DNA of 63,846 nt, filler included, from Octopus bimaculoides (GCF_001194135.2; 6 parts of 6 records of this genome joined end to end with filler, not necessarily neighbours in it); one strand, 5' to 3'; shown: positions 11,195 through 22,485, counted from the first letter of the whole stretch. Notes: generated by a model from the sequence alone, not told the origin. Made by a program: numbers and translations.

Positions 11195-12829
11195 TTTCTC
11201 TTTATTATTGGCACTACGGCCACAACTTAGAGAGGGACATTACATGGACAGACAATGTAGTACAAAACGTGGGGTACATTTAATGAATGAAAATATGAAT
11301 TGTTAAAATGAAAAGAATGAAATGGCTTACGAGCCCCTCCAAAGCTCGCAGTTTCATTTTACCGTTCTATTTATACATTTTATTTACCGTCTTCGTCTGT
11401 TATAAGTTTGGTTACATCGTCCAACCCAATTACATTAGGCAGACTCTTGTATCGAACAAATATTTTAATGTTCTTAATTATATCTGGGAACAACTCTTTT
11501 AATTTTTCAGCTGTGTCTTTCTCTATTAGTACTGCTCTTTGGTTTGCTTCAAACATATCTGTGCTCAACTTAACTCTCATCAAACCTTTAATTTTCACTA
11601 TTTTTTTTTTCTAGTTCCATCTCTTTCTGGTAAAATATCAATGTTCTCAATTTCCGGTCTTCCTGTTTTCACCACGTGTTGTAGTTGCTTCTCTAATCTT
11701 CCTTTTCATGCCATAATTCTCACTGCCTTTTCAAATTTTGAATTTGCTTCCTCTAGTTCTGAAGTTCTCTTCTCTGTACTTTCTTTATTCTCAGCTGCAT
11801 TCTTTTTCCTTTCCTTTTTCTTTGGGCTTTTTAGCGGAGAGTCGACTCGAACTCTCTTTCTTCCTGCCGTTATTTCCTCCACTTTTTTCTCTTCTTTCTT
11901 TTTTCCTTCTTCTACCACTTCTTTATTCGCTACTACTTCCACTGTTTGTACTTCTCTGAGGGGACACGTTGCCTGCATGTGTCCCCTATTTTTACATTTG
12001 TAACATATTGGTGGTCTTCCCTCTATCACAACTCTCAGTCATGTTCCTTCAGGGAGCTCCAATTCTTCTGCTATGTTGTGCAGATCTGGCAGGGTCACAT
12101 GGATTAGAACTTCCAACCTAAAGCCCCACCAGTTGATTTCTCTCGATTTCTCCACCTTTACCACTTCCACCTCTTCCTTGCAATTAAATACAATCACTGC
12201 CACCATTCATTCTACATTGATCTCGGGGAGTACTTTTTCTATACTTATTCTCGCTGGACATCTTCCACAGTAAGTTGGCAAGAGTGCCCACTTTGTCGTC
12301 CTCAAGGCCACAGTGGAGAGCTTTTTCGCATCCTCCTCGTTCTTAAATCGCATCTCCACTTTACCGTATTTTCTACCTTTTGAATAGAAGGTCGTCATTC
12401 CCTTCACTTCACTGAGGCATTCTTCTATGTTGTCCGTTGCTGCAATTTCTACCTTCTTACTTTCAACGTTTAGTGTTCTGTACACTATCATTCTTCTTTC
12501 CACGCGTTGCGTGTCTTCTATGGGAGGCATCACTTTAAGGTAATCTCCTTCCTTCACTATCAACTTCTTGTGTTTTAAAACCTTGTTAATGTCTATCTTT
12601 ACCTCCGTCATTTGCATTGTTTCAACAGACAGACTTTTGCCTGCTGCCTCAGCATAGCTCGTTGTTTCCATACCCAACAATGAGTAGTACACCAATTTCA
12701 AAATAACGTTCAACAATAATAATTAACAATTTCTTCAACAATATTTTGCAACAATTTCAATAATTCACAAACAATTTAACTCACCGCACGCAACGTTCTC
12801 TATACCCAAACTCATAAACTCAACTCTGA
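11195..12829 (-). mobile_element. ORF1-only L1/Tx1-like retroelement (half-L1/HAL1-like) with a 13-bp TSD
   Basis: Perfect direct repeat agtagcatgactt at 11182-11194 and 12830-12842. Contains a disrupted gag-like ORF1, then AATAAA (11206-11201) and a very short A tail at the 3' end. No EN/RT sequence inside. Confidence 0.75.
11380..12671 (-). pseudogene. Disrupted LINE ORF1 (gag-like, CCHC zinc knuckle), ~430 codons when reconstructed
   Basis: ATG at 12671 (METTSYAEAAG). Knuckle GRPPI-CYKCKNRGHMQATC-P (CX2CX4HX4C) at ~12005-11964, followed by a K/E-rich segment. In-frame stops at ~12207, ~12043 and ~11706, and a frameshift at the T-run near 11605. Confidence 0.8.
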
Positions 12830-13134
12830 AGTAGCATGACTTGCTAGTTGGAGATGCCTGTCAAGCTCTTGTAAACATATAATAATTCTAGTGAAACACA
12901 TTCACTGATTTCAAAAATAGAAATAATACATTTCTAAATCTCTCAGAGAGATTTATGCAGTAGTGATATGATAAAGTAGTTGCATGCTGTCAACTTAATG
13001 TGACCTTGTAAACATAAGGACACAGGAAATGTGTTAAGGCCGACATGAAGTGGTGCAGCTTCCTAGGGCTAAATAGCAGTAGTATTATTCCCTTCATGGG
13101 ACTGTCACATTAAGTTGACAGCATGCAACTACTT

Positions 13135-13193
<59 letters not shown>

Positions 13194-13195
<2 letters not shown>

Positions 13196-14686
13196 TAGCA
13201 GAGAAACCCTGTGTTGACCGTGTTACATGCAATGGAAGAATTAGACTTTTCTGTTATATTTTCTCTAATGAACTGGAATACCTATGATTCGAATTTCATC
13301 AAAATTGCAGATGAGGGTTCTTTCCCTCTTTACACACCGTAAAAAATTCTAATCATGACACATGTATCCGATACTACTGATCTTTATGCGCAGATTCAAA
13401 AATTCCAGTCTTATGGAACTTGTTAAAAGGATTTTGCTCCTGAAAATGGAGGTCATGGAGCTCTAAAGTGTGGGAGTTAAGCCCCCACTTGGGGGTGGGT
13501 GTCTTAATGTCAACCAGAGAAGCTGAGTTGCTGAGAATCTTTTTGACTTGGGTGTTATATCTATTGTTCGAATTTCTTTGAAATAGGAAATATATGTATG
13601 TTCACTAGGTTTGTAAAAGCTACAAGAAACGAAAAGACAAATGATCACAATAAGCAGTCAGCTACCCTAGCCTAGTCGTTACTACTCCCCAATGTAGGAT
13701 TCCTCACCATACAGGTGACAGGCACCACCGTAAGATGCAATATAGATCTATAGCAATTGAAAGTGTGTGACCCAACTGAAATAAACATTAACAACTATGT
13801 GACGTGAGGGCTAAGGGGAAATGAAAGTGTCACCTCTGGAGTTTGCAACTGACCACTATACCGATAGGTAACTGGACAGAATAAATTTCCAACCTATAAA
13901 TGTCTTTGAATAACCAGTCACTCATTTGGGAAGGCCTTGAAATCAATGTTACCACCTAGGGACTATATGTGACCCAGAGATAATAAAAAGACTGAAAGGA
14001 GGTCTGCAAGGAAATAACTTTACTCAACACTTTGCAACTGAATCAGTGGAGGCAAAGATGCCTCTCATTTACTTGACAATTTATGCACCACATTGCAGAA
14101 ATCACAATGTAAGTATATCTCAAAGCAAACTCTTACACTGTTGTACGATTGAATTACAAATAACGCTCATCTTTTGTGCTCAGGTGACCCTACAGCTTCA
14201 AAGAGTGCAACTGTATTCGTCTTTGCTTAGATAAAATGACTAAATTGTGGGTGTTAAGTCCCTATGAAGAGGTCTTTCTAACTTCTAAGAAGATGAAATT
14301 TTAGAATATTACTTCATTTGTATCTAGTATCTAGTTAAAATTTCATCAACAGCAAAAATATATGCATTTTCATAGGGATTATGGCCCTTATGCATAGAAT
14401 ATAATTACCAAATTTCGTAAAGATCCATTCAGTACTTTTCACCTAGTTTTAGATCATAAAAAATAACTAAAATTTGGGAGTTAAGGCCCCCATTAGGGGG
14501 TCTTAAAATCCTCATGAGAGTTGGAAAGTTTGAGAATACATCTTGATGTGTGTCAATTACCCATGGTTGAAATTTCATCAACATCGAAAATGTATGAATT
14601 TTAAGCCATCTCAAATTCAAACCAAACATACTGCATTATACCTGCCCTTATGCATTGAATCTAAGTTCCAAATATTATAAGGATCC
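13194..14686 (+). mobile_element. Probable non-autonomous Helitron/Helentron (DINE-like) repeat
   Basis: Starts cactagcagagaaaccctgtgttgaccgtg immediately after (AT)n and ends atattataagga. Internal gaatttcatcaa-type subrepeats. Classification is based on terminal resemblance only. Confidence 0.35.
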
Positions 14687-15200
14687 NNNNNNNNNNNNNN
14701 NNNNNNNNNNNNNNNNNNNNNNNNNNNNNNNNNNNNNNNNNNNNNNNNNNNNNNNNNNNNNNNNNNNNNNNNNNNNNNNNNNNNNNNNNNNNNNNNNNNN
14801 NNNNNNNNNNNNNNNNNNNNNNNNNNNNNNNNNNNNNNNNNNNNNNNNNNNNNNNNNNNNNNNNNNNNNNNNNNNNNNNNNNNNNNNNNNNNNNNNNNNN
14901 NNNNNNNNNNNNNNNNNNNNNNNNNNNNNNNNNNNNNNNNNNNNNNNNNNNNNNNNNNNNNNNNNNNNNNNNNNNNNNNNNNNNNNNNNNNNNNNNNNNN
15001 NNNNNNNNNNNNNNNNNNNNNNNNNNNNNNNNNNNNNNNNNNNNNNNNNNNNNNNNNNNNNNNNNNNNNNNNNNNNNNNNNNNNNNNNNNNNNNNNNNNN
15101 NNNNNNNNNNNTAGATAGATAGAAGATAGATTGATAGATACAACTGAGTGGGCAAAGAAAAGTATGAGACTGCCTAGTGGTTTTTCAAATTTTAATTTTA

Positions 15201-15636
15201 TTTCTTTACTGCCCACAAGGGGCTACACATAGAGGGGACAGAGAAATGGATTAAGTCAATTATATCGAACCAGTGTGTAACTGGTACTTATTTAATCGAC
15301 CCTGAAACGATGAAAGGCAGAGTCAACCTTGGGAGAATTTGAACTCAGAATGTAGCAGCAGACGAAATACCGCTAAGTATTTCACTCGGTGTGATAACGT
15401 TTCTTATTTCTTTATTGCCCACAAGGGGCTAAACATAGAGGGGACAAACAAGGACAGACAAAGGGATTAAGTCGATTACATTGACCCCAGTGCGTAACTG
15501 GTACTTAATTCATTGACCCCAAAAGGATGAAAGGCAAAGTCGACCTCGGCAGAATTTGAACTCAGGACGTAACGGCAGACAAAATACCACTAAGCATTTC
15601 GCCCAGCGTGCTAACATTTCTGCCAGCTCGCCACCT
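15201..15636 (-). mobile_element. Two tandem copies of a tRNA-derived SINE (15201-15403 and 15405-15636)
   Basis: B box on minus (gagttcaaattc), core gactttgcctttcatcc..ggggtc and 3' gccccttgtgggcagtaaagaaa. The two copies are clearly homologous. Confidence 0.8.
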
Positions 15637-15664
15637 AATTTATTATTATTTTTTTCTATTTTGA

Positions 15665-15986
15665 TAAGCCTGGTACTTATTGTATCACTTTCTTCTAGTC
15701 AAACCAGTAAATTATGGGGATGTAAATAAACAAACAGCAGTTGTGAAGCAGTGATGAGGGAGAAACACAGAGACAGAGACACACATACACTTACACATAC
15801 ACTTAAATATATACATATACATACGATTGATTTCTTTCAGTCTCTGTCTACAAAATCCACTCACAATGCTTTGGTTGGTCTGAGGCTATAGCAGAAGAAA
15901 CATGCCAAGTCACAACACTGTGGGACTGAACCCAGGACCATGTGTTTTGGAACTAAGTTTCTTACCACACAGCCACACCTGCACCT
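15665..15986 (-). mobile_element. tRNA-derived SINE, second family (aggcgcaggagtggctgtgtggtaag head)
   Basis: Homologous to the plus-strand copies at 33507 and 50597, with an internal microsatellite. Confidence 0.7.
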
Positions 15987-16665
15987 ATGTATGTATGTGT
16001 GTATGAGTGTATATATGCATGCATGTATATATGTGTATATATATATATGTGTACATATTACATGTACATCTATATATATACATATACATCAATATATAGA
16101 CATCTACAGAGATACATGTATACGTATACATCTATATCTATATATATATACATTTATACATATACATGTATACATATACATCTATATATATATATATACA
16201 TGTATATATATATATATATATACNNNNNNNNNNNNNNNNNNNNNNNNNNNNNNNNNNNNNNNNNNNNNNNNNNNNNNNNNNNNNNNNNNNNNNNNNNNNN
16301 NNNNNNNNNNNNNNNNNNNNNNNNNNNNNNNNNNNNNNNNNNNNNNNNNNNNNNNNNNNNNNNNNNNNNNNNNNNNNNNNNNNNNNNNNNNNNNNNNNNN
16401 NNNNNNNNNNNNNNNNNNNNNNNNNNNNNNNNNNNNNNNNNNNNNNNNNNNNNNNNNNNNNNNNNNNNNNNNNNNNNNNNNNNNNNNNNNNNNNNNNNNN
16501 NNNNNNNNNNNNNNNNNNNNNNNNNNNNNNNNNNNNNNNNNNNNNNNNNNNNNNNNNNNNNNNNNNNNNNNNNNNNNNNNNNNNNNNNNNNNNNNNNNNN
16601 NNNNNNNNNNNNNNNNNNNNNNNNNNNNNNNNNNNNNNNNNNNNNNNNNNNNNNNNNNNNNNNNN

Positions 16666-16712
16666 TCCAACCCATGCTAGCATGGAAAGCGGACGTTAAA
16701 CGATGATGATGA

Positions 16713-16715
<3 letters not shown>
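16666..16715 (+). mobile_element. RTE-type 3' tail remnant
   Basis: tccaacccatgctagcatggaaagcggacgttaaacgatgatgatgatga. Confidence 0.75.
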
Positions 16716-16768
<53 letters not shown>

Positions 16769-16865
16769 ATGTACATATATACATCTATATATGTACATTC
16801 ATGCAGATGTATACATATATATATATACATAACATATCTGTAAAAATATGTGACACTTATTTGGT

Positions 16866-16936
16866 AGCCATGATAAAACTCCGAGTTTCGGATGCAGGGG
16901 TGGAACCCACGCCAACATCTCTTCAGTTATCTGGCC
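16866..16936 (-). ncRNA. Type I hammerhead ribozyme (GUU site)
   Basis: Minus strand GGCCAGATAA-CTGAAGA-GATGT..GGCGTGG(gtt)CCACCCC..GCATC-C-GAAA-CTCGGAG-T-T-TTATCATGGCT. Helix I is 10 bp with one bulge, helix III is ACTC-G-GAGT, and there is one extra C before GAAA. Confidence 0.75.
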
Positions 16937-17128
16937 ATTGAAAATTCCTGTGAAAAATGACCGTTAAACAAAGGGAAATTACTGTGTGGTTGACCATTAT
17001 TAAGACAAAAGAGCTATAGAGCGCTAAGTAAGGGGAGGGGTAAAAGTAAGGGAGTAGAGAAGTGTATAGTGTTTGCCTAAAAATATATATATTCTAATAA
17101 AATACAAATAGAACCTATAGGCTGCATT

Positions 17129-19575
17129 ATGAATAAGCATTGTTTAGATTTTTCGCCGAAAAATATCCCCATACTCTCGAAGAATGCATATATGGAATCA
17201 CTTGTTCATAAAACCACAGAATTCATTAATAGGTTAAGATGGCGTGCTTTCTTCTTTGATATGAAAAATAACGGAATGGACAGCAATAGTATGAATGGAA
17301 CTGACTCTCATGACGAGAACAACTATTATATCAAAACTTATAGGAATCCACCGTCCAACCCAGCTCTTGCTAAATTTGAACAAGACCTTATGAATTTGAT
17401 TAAACGGTTGAAGTTCTCCAAATACACAAATCCCTTCCAGAAACTCCTGTCTGATAAAATATCCGCAATGAAATCATCTCCTGATTTGCACATCCTATCG
17501 GATAAAACCAGAAACATTTATTCTGTACCGCTGAAAATTTATAATGACTTAATCTTGAAGGAGTTAAACTCTGGTTATAAACATGCAAGCAAAAATGCTG
17601 TAGATAGGATTAATGAAACTCACTTAGAAATCATCTCTGGTTTGGACCTGTTTGACAGAACCTAGCCTTATGCTCCAAAAACTTCCCATGCCTTCTTGAA
17701 GGACCATAAGTTTAATTTTTCATCAAATCCTTCAATTAGGTTGATCTGTCTAACCAAATCTGATTTGGGTAGAATCAGTAAATATATTATTGATCATATA
17801 ATTCCCATCATGAGGGATAAGATCCCTTATGGAAATTTACTGGGGAAGTTATCCTATCCTCCCTTACGGATAAACCTAATTTAGATTTTAAACAATTTGA
17901 TATCTCAAATTACTATAATTCTATATCTCCTATATTGCTGAATAAAGCCTTGATTTCTGTCTGCAAATTTGCAGATATGCCTAGTTCAGATATTGATGTA
18001 ATTTTAGTGGCAAGGGAGACCCTCATCTCCTACAACAAGCGGGATTGGCAGAGAATTGATTCCACCAATTTCTTTGATATAACCATGGGGTCATCTGATT
18101 CTGCACAGGTGACTGACCTAGTGGGCCTGTACCTCTTTTCACAGATTAAGGATAGTTTTCCTCTCCTCACCAGGGGACTGTATAGGGATGATGCACTTCT
18201 AGCTGTACGTAGCCAGTCTAAAACTGCATTGAATAGATTGAGGAAATTCCTGAGAGGTTTCTTAAAGGATTTCTTTAATCTTAACATTATATTTGATATT
18301 AACTCCAGAGTAGTGAATTTCCTAATGTTTGGATACGGGTTTATACTATCCATTTTGTAAGCCAAACAAATCCATCTCATATATCAATGTATCGTCCAAT
18401 CACCCAAAGTCCACTATAGATAGCATCGTTACCACTATTTCAATCAGAATCTCTAATTTATCTGCTAATGAAGAGATTTTTGATCAACATGCGCCTGTGT
18501 ATTATTAAGCAGATTCAAAACTAAAATCTCATATATACCTAACATGAGATTTAAAAACAAGATGGCTGGTCTATCACCTGACCATGTCACGGTTGATCGG
18601 GAAAATACAATGCATTACCTGATTGCAACCTAAATAAGCCATTGGTTAGAAACGTATTTAAAGATATTAGAAATAGGTATAGGCAGCGAAATAGTGCTAG
18701 TGAGGAGATTAGTAAAACCAAGAGCTCACGTTCTAGAATAATAGAAGTAATATGCCCCCCCCCTTTTTTTTTCTCTTAGAGTGAGAAATTTGCCCAAGAT
18801 GTTTTTTAGGATTCTGGAGGAGAACTCCCCTAAGAGTCATAAATACTAAAACATTTGCAATAAGTCTTCCATCAAGTGCTCTAACTCAGTATTGCCAAAT
18901 TTGGCCACCATTATTGCATCTATAAATAGAAGCAAGTTAAATGGGCAAGGGCACTAGAGATGTTCTTCTGATGGAAACCCCGGTTCTGGGCAAGTAAGTT
19001 ATGATATGCCTAAGGTTAGTGATGCCAACATTTAGCTCCCACCTGGTGTATTGAACCCCAGTAATGAGAGGCGTGAAGGAGTGAATATTGGAAACCTGAC
19101 AAGTATTGTTCATGGTAGAAATAAGGCTAGGGATGGCCCTGGGAAATCATGTAATTGTAGAAACCCTGGATTATGTCCCCTTGACGGGTTCTGTCTAATT
19201 ACTAATGCAATATAAAAATGCGTTGTAAGGATGAGGATAATTCAAATAAGTCTTATATAGGTAGTACAGTAAATTTTAAGGCTAGATATAGGGCCCACAT
19301 GAGCTTGTTCTCAAATGAAAAATACTGTAGCTCTACCACACTTGTATCTTATTTACACGATCTATAGAGGAATAATAAGAGTTATTCTCTGGAATGGTCC
19401 GTTATTTCGAGAGCCCCTTACTTCAGAGTAAATATAAATAAGTGTAAGTTGTGTGTAAAGGAATCCCTTGCAATCCTTAAGTCTTTTGGGCCAAAAACTT
19501 TAAATAGATTTACTGAGGTGATACCTTTTTGCAGCCATAGGCTTTCATCCACCGTTTTGAAAGTATATAGAAATA
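17129..19575 (+). pseudogene. Penelope-like element RT plus GIY-YIG endonuclease ORF, disrupted (Naiad-like)
   Basis: Motifs RLRWRAFFF, SDKTRNIY, KDHK.NF..NP..RLI...KSDLGRISK, ITMGSSDSAQVTDLVGLYL and catalytic GLYRDDAL. The C-terminus reads SCNCRNPGLCPLDGFCL..AI*..SYIGST..FKARY..H, CKLCVKE and LNR..E....C.H. Multiple stops and frameshifts. Confidence 0.9.
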
Positions 19576-19761
19576 AATGTAATAAAATTGTTTAGTATTA
19601 CGGGGATTTGAAACCAGTGAGGTTAAATTTCTGTTAACTACAATAGTCTTTTTTTTTTCCTATAGAAAATTTGGACTGGTCTGCTGATGGGTTCTTCTTA
19701 AACTATATAAACTTTTCATTAAAAGTATAAGCTTTTCATAAAAGTTTTGCTCTGTGCATGT

Positions 19762-19859
19762 TTCATGATTATCCTGATGAGGGAGTCATCGCTGTGGTGC
19801 ACTTTAGTGTAAATGAACTGCGGTGGTGAGCTTCCGAAATGGCCATAGATATATATGAA
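19762..19859 (+). ncRNA. Type I hammerhead ribozyme with a long helix II (AUA site)
   Basis: TTCATGATTATC-CTGATGA(19774-80)-GGGAG TCATCGCTGTGGT..ACTGCGGTGGTGA G CTTCC-GAAA(19836-39)-TGGCCA-T-A-GATATATATGAA. Helix III is the palindrome ATGGCCAT and helix II has about 18 pairs including G-U. Confidence 0.85.
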
Positions 19860-20410
19860 TGTTGAATTTGATTGGTGATATCTGTTTATTATGTATTTTG
19901 AACGTACTTGTGTGAGGGGAGTAAAAGACTTTTTTTCAAGATGTATGTGAATTTGACCTGTGGAAGTCTGCTTACTTATGAACTTTGGATGTACCTGTGT
20001 GAGGGAAGTAAAAGACTTTTTCAAATATTAAAAAAAAAATTATTTTTAATAATTTAAAAAAAATATTTTAATCATCTGATAAAATCTCTTTAGTCAGTGG
20101 ACACTTATTTTATTTTATTTTTATCTTTATTTTTTTATATTTGTCCATTAGGACTTTTGATAGTTTTGAAATTTTTAGTCGTTATATTTGACATTTGATA
20201 AGCCGTTCTATTTGTATTTTATTAGAATATATATATTTTTACATTCTGTAATTTTATGTATATGTATTATTTTTTTTTATGTGTCCGTAGAACATGGTGT
20301 TTTTTATATATGATTAAATGTCTGAGGGGTGGTGTTGTATGTAAAGTTGTTGACCCAGATTGAATGTTTATTCTATAACCAATACTTCTTTACATATATA
20401 TGTGTGTGTG

Positions 20411-20510
20411 NNNNNNNNNNNNNNNNNNNNNNNNNNNNNNNNNNNNNNNNNNNNTTAATTAATTAANNNNNNNNNNNNNNNNNNNNNNNNNNNNNNNNNN
20501 NNNNNNNNNN
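20411..20510. other. Artificial 100-bp scaffolding gap marker N44-TTAATTAATTAA-N44
   Basis: The identical 12-mer (a stop codon in all six frames) is centred in N runs at 20455, 39659, 50841, 54862 and 59449. Confidence 0.95.
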
Positions 20511-20555
<45 letters not shown>

Positions 20556-20827
20556 AACATATATATACATATACATGAACACAAATATACAAGTGTATAT
20601 ATATATATATAAACATATATACATAAACATACACACACATAGACGCACACGCACTTACACAAACACTCACGCACACACTCTCTCTCTCTCACACACATAC
20701 GCACACACACACACATGTATAGAATATAAAGAAAGTCAAGAAGTATGGGATCAATATATTTCACTGGAAGATATCCATAAAATTATGATAGGTTCGCAGC
20801 GATTATCATGAAAAAAATAATTTTAGC

Positions 20828-21118
20828 GTATAACATATTGTTTTATACGTCTGCATTAGTATATATGTTTTAAAATATATAGTACTATTGTACATTTTAT
20901 ATGTAATACTGGTATAGATGGCTAGCACTTCAGATAATAGTATACATTAATGTTTTTAAGATGCCATTTTGTATGTATATTTTGAATGGAGGTAACCCTG
21001 ATATTCTATGATCTGAAGAGCTAGCCTTCTATACCTGTATTACCAGTAAAATATTCAATAGCATTAAGTAATTTATAGCATATACATTAATGCACACGTG
21101 TAAAATAATTTGTTATAC
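20828..21118. mobile_element. ~290-bp foldback/MITE-like palindrome
   Basis: Outer arms gtataacatattgttttatacgtctgcattagtatatatg / catatacattaatgcacacgtgtaaaataatttgttatac. Inner 33-bp arms at 20903-20935 and 21011-21043. Confidence 0.7.
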
Positions 21119-22013
21119 ACTTACATAAATTATTTTCCCCATGTGAAGCGATCGTAATTTTATGGATATCAACTGGTGAAATAAAAATATATTCCTCCTA
21201 CCTCCTGACTTTTATTCTATATACTCGTAATGAAATAGTCATTACTGACTGGATATATTGGATTTCAACTGCATAAATCTATACATTACATGTATTTATA
21301 TATATATATATATATACATATACATACATACATAAATATATATATATATATATATATANNNNNNNNNNNNNNNNNNNNNNNNNNNNNNNNNNNNNNNNNN
21401 NNNNNNNNNNNNNNNNNNNNNNNNNNNNNNNNNNNNNNNNNNNNNNNNNNNNNNNNNNNNNNNNNNNNNNNNNNNNNNNNNNNNNNNNNNNNNNNNNNNN
21501 NNNNNNNNNNNNNNNNNNNNNNNNNNNNNNNNNNNNNNNNNNNNNNNNNNNNNNNNNNNNNNNNNNNNNNNNNNNNNNNNNNNNNNNNNNNNNNNNNNNN
21601 NNNNNNNNNNNNNNNNNNNNNNNNNNNNNNNNNNNNNNNNNNNNNNNNNNNNNNNNNNNNNNNNNNNNNNNNNNNNNNNNNNNNNNNNNNNNNNNNNNNN
21701 NNNNNNNNNNNNNNNNNNNNNNNNNNNNNNNNNNNNNNNNNNNNNNNNNNNNNNNNNNNNNNNNNNNNNNNNNNNNNNNNNNNNNNNNNNNNNNNNNNNN
21801 NNNNNNNNNNNNNNNNNNNNNNNNNNNNNNNNNNNNNNNNNNNNNNNNNNNNNNNNNNNNNNNNNNNNNNNNNNNNNNNNNNNNNNNNNNNNNNNNNNNN
21901 NNNNNNNNNNNNNNNNNNNNNNNNNNNNNNNNNNNNNNNNNNNNNNNNNNNNNNNNNNNNNNNNNNNNNNNNNNNNNNNNNNNNNNNNNNNNNNNNNNNN
22001 NNNNNNNNNNNNN

Positions 22014-22420
22014 TCTGTGTACTTGGTTATGGGAGTAGAGGAAGGAATGTTAGTAATATGGGGATGGAGGTGTGTGGTGGTGTTACATTTATTTGCTATT
22101 CATTCTGCAGATTTTAAGGATGGTCATTCATTCAAAAGTTTTAATGAATGTAGCACATTTCTTTCTTCTATTTATTTCAAGACGTGACTCGCCACCAAGT
22201 AAATCCAACACCACCACACACACACCTACGTCCCCATATTACTACTATTCCTTCCTCTACTCCCAGCCCCACTACTAAGTACACACAGAAATAACCACAT
22301 AGCCTTCTTACTGGCAAGAATGGATGAACATCCCTCTGTGATTCACCGTCTAATGCAGTGCAACCTGATGAAATAAATCAATGAAGACGGAGGAAACAAA
22401 TCGCCAACGATCCACCTGTG
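22014..22420. repeat. Inverted-repeat structure, probably a Penelope terminal repeat remnant
   Basis: 22014-22084 is an imperfect reverse complement of 22207-22290. A decayed hammerhead-like string tgaagacgg...cgccaacgatc lies at ~22382-22412. Confidence 0.45.
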
Positions 22421-22434
22421 GTTACATATATATA

Positions 22435-22483
<49 letters not shown>

Positions 22484-22485
<2 letters not shown>

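Larger units (their letters stand above)
10932..13136 (-). mobile_element. Hammerhead-containing Penelope-pLTR/retrozyme-like repeat (335-bp unit, partial second unit, inverted copy), interrupted by a 1.6-kb insertion
   Basis: aaatagaaataat..catttctaaatctctc.gagagatttatgcagtagtg recurs at 10932 and 12915. 13005-13136 is an inverted copy of the unit, including a perfect 33-bp inverted repeat (12972-13004 / 13104-13136). Hammerhead motif at 11140-11182. Confidence 0.65.
16940..20330 (+). mobile_element. Penelope-like retroelement, near full length, with a hammerhead in the 3' region
   Basis: The ORF above plus a 3' region holding the hammerhead (19762-19859) and an 87-bp-period direct repeat (19904, 19991). 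Boundaries are approximate. Confidence 0.7.

Noticed and set aside
19140-19560. Selenocysteine-encoding Penelope (reported for some Naiads)
   Set aside because: The conserved cysteines I could read in the linker and GIY-YIG region are TGT/TGC, the visible stops look like decay, and no SECIS was identified.
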